Source: Picochlorum sp. SENEW3 (lineage: Eukaryota). From it: 64,000 bases of DNA. The notes under the pieces are model-generated. The model was not told where the DNA came from and made no database searches. It saw only the letters and a list, made by a program, of their open reading frames with translations. Shown piece by piece: positions 22,997 through 34,714 of the stretch (its first letter is position 1; each line of letters begins with the position of its first letter). Made by a program: the position numbers and the translations under genes. The stretch is taken from contig CP120454.1 in assembly GCA_034226945.1 (NCBI GenBank), positions 124,001 through 188,000 on the forward strand, in the 5' to 3' direction.

Positions 22997-25141
22997 ATGT
23001 TGTCAGTTGAAGAGGAAAAGATGTTTGAAGGCCAGCCTCGTGGCTTTCCATTCGGGGATTTTGACATTGCTGATGTCATGTTACCTGACGGCGATACGAT
23101 GGGTATCCCAAGTGACGACGAAGAGGAGGAAGAATTGATCGAAACAGAGACTGGTTTAGGTCATATTGTAGTTGTGGATAATATTCCTCAAGTCGGTGCG
23201 GAGAAGTATGACAAGCTGACGAAAATTCTGTCAAAGATTTTCTCAGCAAGTGGGACCATTGCCGAGAATGGGTTGAATCATCCAGTGGACCAGAGTACGG
23301 GTCTTTCTAAAGGATTTGCCTTTGTGGAGTATGAAAATCATGATCAGGCACGGACTGCTCGAATGGCATTGGATGGGTACCAGCTTGATAAGAATCACAA
23401 GTTTATTGCTATTCTGTTTGATGATCTGGAGAGGTTGAACGACGTTCCAGACGAGTACCAAGAGCCTCCTCAGAAGCCTTATGAGCCCGCTACTGATCTG
23501 TATAACTGGATGGGGGATCGACGCGGTCGCGATCAGTTTGCTGTTAGATATGGGGATGAGACAGAGGTTTTGTTTAATGATGTTGCTCAACAGAATCCAC
23601 AGAAAGTCAAGGACAGATCCTTCTGGACGGAGGCGCCATTTATTCAATGGTCTCCACAAGGAACGTATCTTGCTACTGTGCATATGCAAGGAGTGGCGAT
23701 TTGGGGAGGTGATGATTTCAGGCGAATCAGGCGGTTTAGCCACAAGAATGCACAGCGTCTTGCCTTTTCTGAGTGCGAAAAGTTCGTGTATATATACACC
23801 GATATTCCACCTGAGGGAAGACAGCCCCCCCGTTTTGCTTTGTCTGTGTATGAAGTGACCACTGGGCGCAAGCTTCGTGTGTTTGAAGGATCTCAGGAAG
23901 ACCATGCTGTTGGTGCTGCCCGCAGGCCTGATGGAGGAATGGCCTATCCGGCATTCAAATGGTCGTCCTCTACTGACGATGGTCATGCATTTTTAGCAGT
24001 GATGAGGAAGAATGCCATTTCTATTTATCAGGCACCAGAAATGACCTTACTTGACAAGAAGAGTATCAAGGCAGATGGTATCCAGTCCTTTGAATGGAGT
24101 CCTGCCGACCCTATTCTCTGTGCCTACCAGGAAGAACAAGGAAATCTCCCTGCTCGAGTGGTTCTTATTAGATCTCCTGATAGAGAAGAAGTCCGTGCGA
24201 AAAATCTCTTCTCTGTGGCAGATGTGAGAATGGCATGGCACCCACAAGGTGATTATCTTGCTGTGCGTGTGGAGAAGTGGACCAAGACGAAAAAGTCCAC
24301 CACGACAAATCTGGAACTCTTTTCCATGAGGGAGAAGAATATTCCTGTCGATATGCTTGAACTGCCAAACAAGAGTGAGAAGATTAGTGGACTGGCATGG
24401 GAGCCCCATGGAAATAGGTTTGCACTCATCCATGGATCTGATCCTCAGAGGCCATCCGTGTCCTTATACTCCATGAAGGATCCAAAGAGTGGTGCGCTCG
24501 GTGGTGTTCATCATATCCACACAGTACATAACAGATCAGTATCATCCCTTCACTGGTCACCAAAAGGACGATTCCTTCTGTTGGCAGGCCTGAAACAGAA
24601 TGGCAAGCTGGAGTGGTGGGACACGCATGATGAAGTGTCTGTTGTGGGAGCAGGAGAGCATCTCATGGCAACAGAAGTCGCATGGGATCCATCCGGTAGG
24701 TATGTGGTCACCAGTGTGACTGCTGTAAACCAGATGGAGAATGGTTACCAGGTGTGGTCCTTCTGCGGTCAGCCTCTGTACAAGGTATCAAAGGACAGAT
24801 TCTTTGGATTCGTATGGCGCCCAAGACCAGAGTGCTTGCTGTCCAAAGAAAAGCAAAAGGAGATTTCAAAGAATCTTAAAAAGTACAGCAAGCGCTTTGA
24901 GGAAGAAGATGAGAAGCTGCTTGCTGCTGTTGACTCTGAACTTCTTGCTGAGAGAGAGAAAATGCTCAGCGAATGGAATTCTTGGAAAGAAAGCAGAGTA
25001 GAATGGGCAGAGAAGCAAAAGGAAGGTATCAAGCAACTTTTGGGATCCAAGTGGGTTGCTCCAGAAGAGGAATACATTGTCCAAGAGGTGGAAGTATCCG
25101 CCATTGTGGATGTCAGGGAGCAAAAAGTGGAATCACAGTAA
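22997..25141 (+). CDS. eIF3b: Translation initiation factor eIF3 subunit B
   Basis: RRM (IVVVDNIPQV...SKGFAFVEY) followed by a beta-propeller with WSPQGTYLATVH, WEPHGNRF, WDPSGRYV and WRPRP. Confidence 0.95.
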   Translation: MLSVEEEKMFEGQPRGFPFGDFDIADVMLPDGDTMGIPSDDEEEEELIETETGLGHIVVVDNIPQVGAEKYDKLTKILSKIFSASGTIAENGLNHPVDQSTGLSKGFAFVEYENHDQARTARMALDGYQLDKNHKFIAILFDDLERLNDVPDEYQEPPQKPYEPATDLYNWMGDRRGRDQFAVRYGDETEVLFNDVAQQNPQKVKDRSFWTEAPFIQWSPQGTYLATVHMQGVAIWGGDDFRRIRRFSHKNAQRLAFSECEKFVYIYTDIPPEGRQPPRFALSVYEVTTGRKLRVFEGSQEDHAVGAARRPDGGMAYPAFKWSSSTDDGHAFLAVMRKNAISIYQAPEMTLLDKKSIKADGIQSFEWSPADPILCAYQEEQGNLPARVVLIRSPDREEVRAKNLFSVADVRMAWHPQGDYLAVRVEKWTKTKKSTTTNLELFSMREKNIPVDMLELPNKSEKISGLAWEPHGNRFALIHGSDPQRPSVSLYSMKDPKSGALGGVHHIHTVHNRSVSSLHWSPKGRFLLLAGLKQNGKLEWWDTHDEVSVVGAGEHLMATEVAWDPSGRYVVTSVTAVNQMENGYQVWSFCGQPLYKVSKDRFFGFVWRPRPECLLSKEKQKEISKNLKKYSKRFEEEDEKLLAAVDSELLAEREKMLSEWNSWKESRVEWAEKQKEGIKQLLGSKWVAPEEEYIVQEVEVSAIVDVREQKVESQ

Positions 25142-25195
25142 AAATCCATCTATACTTTTTAAACCAAGTAACACATATATAGTATATATGCTTTA

Positions 25196-26131
25196 TTAAA
25201 ACACAATGGTGTCAAGCATTGTCCCAAGGCATTGCACCACACTGGATGCCATGAGCTTTTCTGCCCCCTCTTCCAAATGTCTCTTGGAATCCATCTTACC
25301 AGCCTTCAACACAGCCCTCTTTTCAAACTCTATCGCACCTTCTTCCGTCACATCCTTATCATACTTGGCAGAAAGGTTTTTAAATTTCTCCAAAGCCTTA
25401 CTGCTCATCTCCTCATGCTGCTTGAAATCCCTCAGGGTCAACCCAGATGTCCACGTATGTTTCTGCAGATTCAACAACATCTGCTCCTCTAACGCCGTCT
25501 TCCTATAGTTGATCGCCATAGAATAATAATGCCTATTCAATCCATGAATCAACGCTTGAATAGAAGGCTTATTCAAATGCCCAACATTTGACGTTGTCTG
25601 GCGAGGCTCCTGCCCCAACATCATTGTCTGTGGGCTGATACACCGGAACGCATCAATAACCACCTTTCCCTTCACCGACTGAATAGGATCAACCACAACA
25701 GCTACCGCACGCGGATTCAAAGCCTCAAACGATTGCTGCGTGTTCACATCCACTCCAGACAACCAACACCCAAACCCAGGATGACTATGGTACCATCCCA
25801 CCACCATCTCGGGCCGACCCACCTGCTTCAACATATCAAGCATCTTGGTCTGAAACACTGGATCCACAGCCTCCACACTCACACCAGTCCCAGACTGAGG
25901 CATGGCAAACACATCCACCACTTTGACCGTGTAATCATCCACAAATTCCCCCAACATGAGCCCCATCACTTCCAACGGAACACCAGCCCGCCCATGCTTC
26001 AGCATCTTCAACAGAGCCAAAGAACTAATATATATCTGTTCACTCGTATCTTGCTGAGGCGCATCTCCTTGAGAAGCCCCAGAAGCCCCGGGAAATCCCC
26101 CTTGGGCCAACATTCTCTGTAACCGCTCCAT
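25196..26131 (-). CDS. RPN11: 26S proteasome lid deubiquitinase RPN11/PSMD14
   Basis: [27 protein letters not shown] and JAMM motif [16 protein letters not shown]. Confidence 0.98.
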   Translation of the reverse strand: MERLQRMLAQGGFPGASGASQGDAPQQDTSEQIYISSLALLKMLKHGRAGVPLEVMGLMLGEFVDDYTVKVVDVFAMPQSGTGVSVEAVDPVFQTKMLDMLKQVGRPEMVVGWYHSHPGFGCWLSGVDVNTQQSFEALNPRAVAVVVDPIQSVKGKVVIDAFRCISPQTMMLGQEPRQTTSNVGHLNKPSIQALIHGLNRHYYSMAINYRKTALEEQMLLNLQKHTWTSGLTLRDFKQHEEMSSKALEKFKNLSAKYDKDVTEEGAIEFEKRAVLKAGKMDSKRHLEEGAEKLMASSVVQCLGTMLDTIVF

Positions 26132-26354
26132 CTCGCCCAAATACACTCTTACTAGTTTGAATTCGTATCTATACTACGGAATAAGTCTAGAGAAGGTCAA
26201 ATGAGATGAATAGAGAAATCTATGAAACGTTGTTGGAGTGGCCTGATCGGTACCGTTGATTGATTCCCGTCCCACCTCGAATACACACTCTCTTTTTCTA
26301 TATCTCCCTGTACTACAGAGAAATCAAAACTATTTTAATTCAATACTACCAACG

Positions 26355-26559
26355 TTTGTCAGATGGGATTTGCTCAACACGTAGATGACAGACCATCCGG
26401 GCCTCCCAGATAGATCTCGCAGGCCCGGATTTGGACCCTCCAAAATCGGCCATTTTGAGCCCCCCAAATGAGGGCCTCCCAGCTACAGCCGGGAATCCCT
26501 CATTTCCGCCAAAGCCAACATGGACAAGGAATCCTGGAGCAACATTCATCAATGACAAA
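26355..26559 (-). ncRNA. Candidate large box C/D snoRNA/scaRNA-like structured RNA
   Basis: Minus strand begins TTTGTCATTGATGA (box C-like) and ends CATCTGACAAA (box D) with complementary termini. Two internal perfect stems (26395-26404/26421-26430 and 26466-26474/26497-26505). GC-rich island between AT-rich flanks. Confidence 0.5.
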
Positions 26560-26645
26560 TTCTCTCTTACACAATTGAATTCTTGGCGTACAATATATTC
26601 TTCTTCTACGTCATCATGCTACATTATATGCAATCACATCAGCAT

Positions 26646-27125
26646 CTATACAGATGATGCCTGCAGTCCAGTATTCTTCGCAATATACTCTGCCAAACCC
26701 TTCTTGGTAATGGCCCCCTCATGGTGACTTCCATCCACCACCGTTCCATCCTTGATCACAATCAGGCAAGGAAGCCCATACACCTTATATTCTTCCATCA
26801 GCCCTTTGTTCTCATCCGTGCAATCTACCTTGACCACCTTTAATTTCCCTTCAAACTCTGAATCAGCCCATACCATGGAGGGTGCTACAAGCTTGCAAGG
26901 GCCACACCAGGTTGCCCAGAAATCCACCAGCACTGGGACAGAGGATGATGCCTCAATAACATCAGATTGGAATGATGCTTCAGTGACATCAGTCACGGCA
27001 TGGGTCTGGATGGTGTGTCTATGGATCCTTGTCGTGTGTGGTCTCCATGTCTGGTGGGGTAATGGCGATGGACGAGTCCTCAGGGACGAGTCTACACGTG
27101 CTCGAATTCCTACTGATGACACCAT
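26646..27125 (-). CDS. TRXx: Plastid thioredoxin, x-type
   Basis: WCGPC active site, VYGLPCLI...EGAITK typical of Trx-x, transit peptide. Confidence 0.85.
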   Translation of the reverse strand: MVSSVGIRARVDSSLRTRPSPLPHQTWRPHTTRIHRHTIQTHAVTDVTEASFQSDVIEASSSVPVLVDFWATWCGPCKLVAPSMVWADSEFEGKLKVVKVDCTDENKGLMEEYKVYGLPCLIVIKDGTVVDGSHHEGAITKKGLAEYIAKNTGLQASSV

Positions 27126-27334
27126 CCTTCTATTAAAAAGTAATTAATTGAGTTTTGAATGCAGTTGGAATCAGCGGTATCCGTGGATGAGGCACAATCC
27201 TGGGCCAGGATGTGTGGACACATTTTTAATGTTTAATGTAGGAGAGATTTCTTTACATGAGATATTCTCATCCTCGTGGACGAAAAAGCCTGTAGAAATA
27301 TATTGTCTGATTTACTTGTAAATAGTACATAGTC

Positions 27335-27916
27335 ATGATGCAAGCAGTGCGTCGTATTGGGGTGTATCCATGTGGTCTTGGACGACCAGTTGTGCAACAG
27401 TCTCACGGACGCAGACAATGTGGCCATGGGGCTCGACGCACCATATTGAAGGATACATATAGTAGCAATAGCATAGATGGACGATTCTGCCGGATTCAGA
27501 CGAGGGCAGAGCCGGAGAAGGACGACGATTCTCCATCCTCTCCTCAGTACAACACAGAATTCGGATATTCTCGGAAGGATGTGATCATCATTGGTGTGGT
27601 ATTGATCGCTATGGGTTATATATTGTACTATGGGTTGCAGTATGCATTCGGTATGGACGCAATCATGGCTGGAAACTGGGCTCAATTGATTATTTTTGTG
27701 GGGCTGTGTGTTGGATGGATTGGGTCGTATTTGTTTAGGGTGGCGACAAAGCAGATGACGTATGCGAAACAGTTGGATGATTATGAGGAGGCTGTGATGA
27801 GGAAGAGATTGGAGGAGCTTCCTGAGACTGAGTTTGAGAATATGATGATGACAGTGGAGGAGGAGAAGAAGATGATTGCAGAGCGTCGTCGGCAGAATGC
27901 CAAGGATTCAGAATAA
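27335..27916 (+). CDS. DUF3007 family plastid membrane protein (cyanobacterial-type)
   Basis: GYSRKDVIIIG, two TM helices, SYLFRVATKQMTYAKQLDDYEEAVMRKRLEEL. Confidence 0.85.
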   Translation: MMQAVRRIGVYPCGLGRPVVQQSHGRRQCGHGARRTILKDTYSSNSIDGRFCRIQTRAEPEKDDDSPSSPQYNTEFGYSRKDVIIIGVVLIAMGYILYYGLQYAFGMDAIMAGNWAQLIIFVGLCVGWIGSYLFRVATKQMTYAKQLDDYEEAVMRKRLEELPETEFENMMMTVEEEKKMIAERRRQNAKDSE

Positions 27917-27926
27917 TATTGATTCA

Positions 27927-28660
27927 TTAATCGTTTTTATCATGCTGAAAGAGGTCGTCAATCTCGAGTTCAGCTTCTAGAACAGGAGCATCTGCTTCCA
28001 TGGCTTGCTGACTATTTTCTATGCACCCGTGATCAGAGCGGGATTTCGCCGAGTATATCACTCGACCTATTATTTTATTGAGATGAAGAGGTCCAAATAC
28101 TCTGCTGTCGACCGCATCTTTTGCTGAGAGAGATTCATTATCAGCAAGCACCCATGCATGGTCCTGTACACACATATGTATGTGGTGTAACATCATACTC
28201 GTAGAAACAGACTCGGACATTGTCTCTAACGTACCTGTGGGATGGTAAATTCTTCACCATCTGGCGTCGGATCATCCGAAGTGACCATGACATCCCCTTC
28301 AAGGGCAGCAATTCGTCTGACCATGACACTGGTCGACAGCGGACTCTCGAATGCCACCACATCGCCATCGAAAATCGTTTTATAAGCAACAGGTCTAGGA
28401 ATCATTCGAATGAGAAAATGCTCCACCCGACCGGGGTCTGTCTGGCTCCAAGAGGAATTCAGGGTCGGTGACATGGCAGCCCCTGTCACGACACCAGCGC
28501 ACGTCAATTGCTTCTGAAACCGTTCCATTCCTTTCGCAATAGCATCTGTCAGGCTTATCTGAGCAGAACTCTGCATATGCGTGTACACTTCTTCCAAAGA
28601 AGCAGCTGCTTTCGCAGCCAAGTATCGTAGACTGACAGCCTTGGCTCTATGCTGCGCCAT
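27927..28660 (-). CDS. Peptidase S26/IMP-like protein with degenerate catalytic residues; 2 exons
   Basis: G.AMSPT, VRRIAALEG and DSRVFGP..IIGRVIY; intron 28234-28164; ATG 28660 chosen by similarity to plant homologs. Confidence 0.75.
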
Positions 28661-28865
28661 AACGATGCATTCACTACAATATTCAAAAAATAATACGTGC
28701 ACAATTTTGTGTCCCAGGGTGCTCGTGTCTTGTCTTTTTTTTGGTAGTAGAGCATCTGTCAGCTTAATTAAGGCATTCAGATGGCCACGCACAAGATTCA
28801 AACAACGAATCCATCGCCCTCAAATCAATTGTACGTATTTACTGATCTGAGTACTCATATATACC

Positions 28866-29447
28866 ATGAATGAGATTGCGCGATGGCTCTACATTGCATT
28901 CTTTGCCATTCATATTCCCACAACACTGCTAGTTGACAGCCAGGCCCTCTTCCCACCAGCCTTGTTTCCAGAATTTGCCAAGAAGACACTGCAGAACTTT
29001 ATCAATGACTACAAGGATCCATTGGTACGGCATCTTTATGAGATCGTTCGCGTGCATAGTAGTAGTAGTATGACATGAATACCTGACTCCTGCTGATTCC
29101 ACCTGCAGATGAGCCCGCCCAGGGACATGTGGTTTATATCCCTGATTTGGACAGAAGTATTGGCCCAATTGCCATTTTTCTTCGTTGCTGTGTACGCCTT
29201 TAGTATGAAAAAGGAATGGATACGAGTTCCCGCAGCAATATATGGAGGATTTGTGTGTGCAACCATGGTGCCAATTCTGACCGTCCTGGCCACCCACTCT
29301 GGTGCGCCAGGGTATCAGAGCACCCCCCTCCTCGCCATGTACGCACCCTATGCCATCGTTCCTGGTGTACTTGCCATACACATGGTTCTGGAACAGGATG
29401 GAAGAATGTTCCGTCGAGATTCGCTGGCAAAGGCCAAAACCGGGTAG
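28866..29447 (+). CDS. TMEM97/EXPERA-domain membrane protein; 2 exons
   Basis: FFAIHIPTTLLVDSQAL...YKDPL | MSPPRDMWF..LIWTEVLAQLPFF; intron about 29026-29108; C-terminal KAKTG. Confidence 0.85.
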
Positions 29448-29811
29448 ACCCATCCCGTCAGAGTCGGTGTTTGACAGAGTCTCTCCATCGCGTCTCAGCA
29501 CTGGCCGGAGGCTCTGACGCATGGACGATGCATGAATGGATATCATGAAGGAGGGGTCCGAGTGTGTCCCTAACACGACAGTGTACAGACCATGTAGTCA
29601 ATCCAATTTATTATAATAGTAATACTTTTGATATGTATGTGTGAATTTGACCCTTTATATACCCATAGAGCGAGACGTGGGTGTTGGTAGTGTCCAATCG
29701 GCTTTGCGTCCAATCACGCCACGCGTGCGTCCAAGGACAGGGATATATATAGTGTATAATTATAGTATATATAATTCAATAGAAGTGTAGAATAGTGGCG
29801 GTCGGGTCATC

Positions 29812-30702
29812 ATGAAGCGGGAGAAGTACATTGTAGACCAGCTGCCTGTGGACCCGAAGAAAATCATGGGTCCTCCGGAGGAGGCTATTCTTCCGTTTCC
29901 ACCGGAAGAGGCAAAGGAGCGAATTGCAAAGATGGAAGCTGTGGTGATGTTTGAGAAGGGTTTAACGCAAAGTGATACTAGTGGCACTGGGAGGATTGTG
30001 ATTCCAAAAGCAATTGCAGAGTCTCATTTTCCCAGTTTGAATGATCCCTCGGAGGGGGTGGTACTGAGAGTCATTGATGTGTTTGGGACAACACGAGGGG
30101 TGAAGTTTAGATTTTGGGTGAATAATAGTAGCAGAATGTATATTGTAGAGGGGACCAGGTTTTTGCTTCAGGCATTCAAACTGAGTGTGGGAGACGTCAT
30201 CATGTTTGCCAAGGATACAGAGGGGCAGATTTATGTCTGTGGTCGAAAGGGGACAAAAGATGATATGTTTAGAAAACCACCGTCTTTTACACGGAAAAAG
30301 AAGTCTAAGATCGCCGATGGATCGTCCAAAGAGGGCAAGGGCAACGGACACCGCCGAGAAAAGACAAAAGCCAGCACATCTCCATCCAGGGAGCAAGACT
30401 ATTCCAAAGACACAATGGAAAAGAGTGCTCCAGCTCGGCAAAAGGTCCGAACGTTAACGCACGCAGAAACTGAGCTGGATGGATCATACGTATATTGGAA
30501 TGGTCAATCATTCCCACCCAGAGCAGATGGTGTTTTTAGAGCTGTTTCAATCACCAGAGTCCGTCAACCAGATCAAGTATCTGTTCAATTCGGTATGTGG
30601 TGTGCCACCGTGACCTTGGCTGGGGAACAGTATCAAGCGTTTTTTGATAGCAAGGATGCCTCTGTGGCAGCTCTCGCCACCGCAGAGCAAAGCATCTTGT
30701 AG
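29812..30702 (+). CDS. B3 DNA-binding domain transcription factor (LAV/ABI3-VAL-like)
   Basis: FEKGLTQSDTSGTGRIVIPKAIAESHFP...FRFWVNNSSRMYIVEG, followed by a basic NLS-like stretch. Confidence 0.9.
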   Translation: MKREKYIVDQLPVDPKKIMGPPEEAILPFPPEEAKERIAKMEAVVMFEKGLTQSDTSGTGRIVIPKAIAESHFPSLNDPSEGVVLRVIDVFGTTRGVKFRFWVNNSSRMYIVEGTRFLLQAFKLSVGDVIMFAKDTEGQIYVCGRKGTKDDMFRKPPSFTRKKKSKIADGSSKEGKGNGHRREKTKASTSPSREQDYSKDTMEKSAPARQKVRTLTHAETELDGSYVYWNGQSFPPRADGVFRAVSITRVRQPDQVSVQFGMWCATVTLAGEQYQAFFDSKDASVAALATAEQSIL

Positions 30703-30907
30703 GGTTTCTAGTGTTTTTCTGAATCAGAATTTCTGCATGTCTCATGAATCCTCGTTCATGCATGCTCTCAACTCGTATATATATCGTATCCACCATTGGC
30801 AGTCGTACAGCCTTGTAATTATATTATTTCTTTGTATAATCTATAGATGATGATGGCATATCCATGATGTAGAACTGAAAATACGTCAGCAGAATATCTG
30901 TATCCAT

Positions 30908-31654
30908 ATGGAGGAAAAACCCCGTGAAAAGAAGAGGTTCATCACAGGACTTCAAGAGCATTCTTTACTAGGCCTGCGATCTCATGTAGCTCAGAAACAG
31001 TCGGAAACCATGAGAATACCCCATGCGTCTCGCCACACAGGAACGACGTCGTTGCTGCAATTTCGAACGCATGGAATGAAAGGCCAGCACCGAGGCCGAC
31101 TGGCCTCGTTATTACAACGCAGAAACAAGGGATTAGAAGCTAGATTAAAGCGAGACGTGGCTGTACCAGGAGACGATGACAGTGGGCGTGTAGAGGTTTC
31201 GGACGAAGAACGGACAGCTATTCTGGAACGAAAAGCCAAAATGTACACAGAGTCACAGGCGACGCCTGTCATCTTCCAGACCCACCCAATGTCGACATCA
31301 TCAGTACACCTTGGATCATCAGAGAAGACTGCAGAGCCCTCCAGACCCACGCTCGGCACATCCAGAAGAGATGCTCGAGTCAATGTAAGTTGTGTCCTCT
31401 CCTGTAGCTTGGTTGTTTTTTTAATTGTTGTTGACTCGCTCGACTGCGATATAGAGCACGGTATTCATACAATATGAATTACATGCATGCAGATGATTTT
31501 ACAGTTGGAGAAAGAAACGCAAGAAGCACGAGACCAAGCTCGTGAACGAAAGGAACATGCAGTACAAGAGAAGGAGCGTGTCAGAGCGTTTTGGAGAAGA
31601 CAGTACATCACACGGATGCGACAGACAACCCAACCAAAAACAACGCAAGAATAA
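30908..31654 (+). CDS. CCDC174-like coiled-coil protein; 2 exons
   Basis: SLLGLRSHV, RNKGLEARLKRD and LERKAKMY motifs; GTAAG donor at 31385 and an in-frame exon ending TAA at 31654. Confidence 0.55.
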
Positions 31655-31692
31655 TCAAATACAGATGATACATAGCTCGCACGCATATGAAA

Positions 31693-31954
31693 TCATGATT
31701 GCTTTTTCTGACGCTGCACATGTTCCTGCAAGTCTTTCAAAAACTGCTCCCGCTCCTCTAGGTGATCCTGAAGTCTCTCTGCCTCAATCTCTACCACCCT
31801 GCAAGCATATTCACAGACAATATGATGTTATATCATCCCATATCAGGTATCAAAGAATACCGTACTTGTCGTAAAACCCTGTCCGAATCATGAAATACTC
31901 CATACCAGCTCCAAGGCAGAAACTGAGCACAGCCACTTTTGTATAAAAGGACAT
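31693..31954 (-). CDS. Small mitochondrial membrane protein, SMIM4/UQCC5-like (64 aa, 2 exons; absent from ORF track)
   Basis: Spliced translation MSFYTKVAVLSFCLGAGMEYFMIRTGFYDK|VVEIEAERLQDHLEEREQFLKDLQEHVQRQKKQS with a canonical GTAC...TGCAG intron. Confidence 0.7.
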
Positions 31955-32223
31955 CTATAAACACATACAGGATGCCATATTTTACTATATTAATTGTTCT
32001 TGGACCATCAGTATGGCCAATGCTGTGTGTAAGCCATGAGCATTAAATCTAGGGAAAATATGGACATCTTCCATGGTTGATGGGCGCCTGCTTGGCAGGG
32101 TCACCATGGCATGGTCTAGATACAAAGCCCATTGATCCCATCCCACTGATACGAATTCAGAAAAAGTTATAATACTCCACACAAAGCAATCTATACCCAT
32201 TGCGTCAGTTGTCACCCGTCGAC

Positions 32224-33007
<784 letters not shown>

Positions 33008-33080
33008 GTGTCCTCGTATCATCACCCATGGTGCCACCATGTGTGATGTCTGTATTACATGATAGATGATTGTAAATGAG

Positions 33081-34501
33081 TCAACTTAATTTTCCTATCC
33101 CCATTTTTTTCTTGGCCAATCGCTGGCCACTGTACACGGTTGAATCAATAATTCCTGATATCGTGAAGAGCCCTCCAACAATGGCACATGCTGATGTGAT
33201 GAAGGAGAAGAAGCTTCTGCGTTCTTCCTGGAATGTGACCAGGACGGGGCTAAGATCGTAAAAGAAGAATACTCCCTGCAAAAGCAAAAAATAAATAAAT
33301 AGGTAATTCATTCATGGCGGACGCACTGCTATCAACCTACCGGGAGTTGACTATAGGTTCCTGGGATGGGATCCTTGTACGTTTCAGTCACCGAATATTG
33401 ATTCGAATTGATTGTACTGTTCCCTATAGTGACATATTTGGTAGGAACCACCTTCAAGTAGTACTGATAGGCCCCTCCAGCTGGAATACCGCCCTCCATT
33501 GTCTGTATCGGAAGAGGTTTCTGTCGAACCTTGTGGCCATCTAATGGGTTCTTCATGCCAGGATATTCAATACCGAATGCTAGTCTGTGAATAGTATGGC
33601 TCAGATCAAACGGCTTTTCTCCTATAAAGGGTGTTAAATCGTGCATATGCAGCCCTCCCTGCTGGTACGAGTGCCCAGGTGCTATGTGAATATTTCCAGC
33701 CACCTTGTTGATTGTCAAATCACCATACATGCGGCATCCCTCCCCTCGCTGGGCGTCTAATTCAAGAGTGACTCCTTCGTCAACACACTGCTGCACTGAT
33801 GCCACATTAGAAAGTGACCAATTCTTCTTCCTATACGCCTCACGGACTTCGGCACACGAATTGCAACATTTCTTTTGATCTGTCTCAGCTCCATAACAAC
33901 TGCCACATGCATTTGGATCCTTTTCCTTGACCTCTTTCTTTTCTTTTGGACCAAACTCATGCAACTCTGGCTCTTGTACGACATTGCCTCGTCTATTTAA
34001 TCGTTGTTTGTACAAGCCATGATCATTCACTTCCAAGTGAACATCTCCAGACACATCCATGGCATCAATTGACAACCAACTACATGGCAACCGTGGCATG
34101 GTCACATCCACCTGCACCACCATGAGCCATCGTTGATTGCAAACACGAAGAGCATCATCAACAAGAAGAATCGTACGTGAATAGCCATGGTTTCCCCACG
34201 AGAGGTGTCCACTGCCAGTGTATTCCTAGTTGTATGCTTCAAATACAGACCTACAGACACATGAATGCCGCTGTTGCCATGATTTTATGCACTCACTATA
34301 GAAAATAACCATTCTCATACCAAGCTCAGAGAGGAATAAAAGCCCCATGAGAATCGCTGTGACAATCGTGATCACTCCTCCAGAGACCGATCGGTGGAAG
34401 AATTCAGCTGCTTCCTCCCGTTGCTTCGGAAACGCATCAAAAGCTTTAACATATTTCTTCCATTCATCACCTCCGCCATCCGATCGAGGCCTACCGTTCA
34501 T
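33081..34501 (-). CDS. ER-Golgi intermediate compartment protein Erv46/ERGIC3; multi-exon
   Basis: AFDAFPK, CGSCYGAE...CCNSCAEVREAY, VAGNIHIAPG, YQYYLKVVPT, GVFFFYDLSP...CAIVGG, C-terminal GKLS. Confidence 0.93.
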
Positions 34502-34714
34502 CTTTTCTCCTGAAACCTCTCGTCTCCTCCTCGGGTGGGGTTTATTCCTGCCAAAACCCCTCTATGAAATACCTATATTTCGACGGTAGTAATTTACAGA
34601 ATTTATTTGATCAGGACAGCAGAGTGTCACGATATCTCATCATGAATTCGAATGGCTTCTTGAACCTGTACATCATCATCATCTTGAATGTTTTGAAATA
34701 TCCTAGTCATATAT

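Noticed and set aside
23243..23986. Long antisense ORFs (this 247-aa one, 28929-29576, 45514-46488 and many shorter)
   Set aside because: Shadow frames of well-supported genes on the opposite strand, with no motifs.
26269..26279. GTCCCACCTCG similar to the land-plant snRNA USE
   Set aside because: Wrong strand for the C/D candidate, atypical spacing to a TATA, and it lies in the RPN11 upstream region.
28856..28868. Apparent head-to-head start codons 7 bp apart (IMP-like and TMEM97)
   Set aside because: Similarity to plant homologs places the IMP-like start at 28660.
29456..29574. Hairpin plus CCCTAAC as a possible telomerase RNA template or SECIS
   Set aside because: Only a 7-nt match inside the likely TMEM97 3' UTR; no in-frame UGA in the gene and no snRNA-type promoter.
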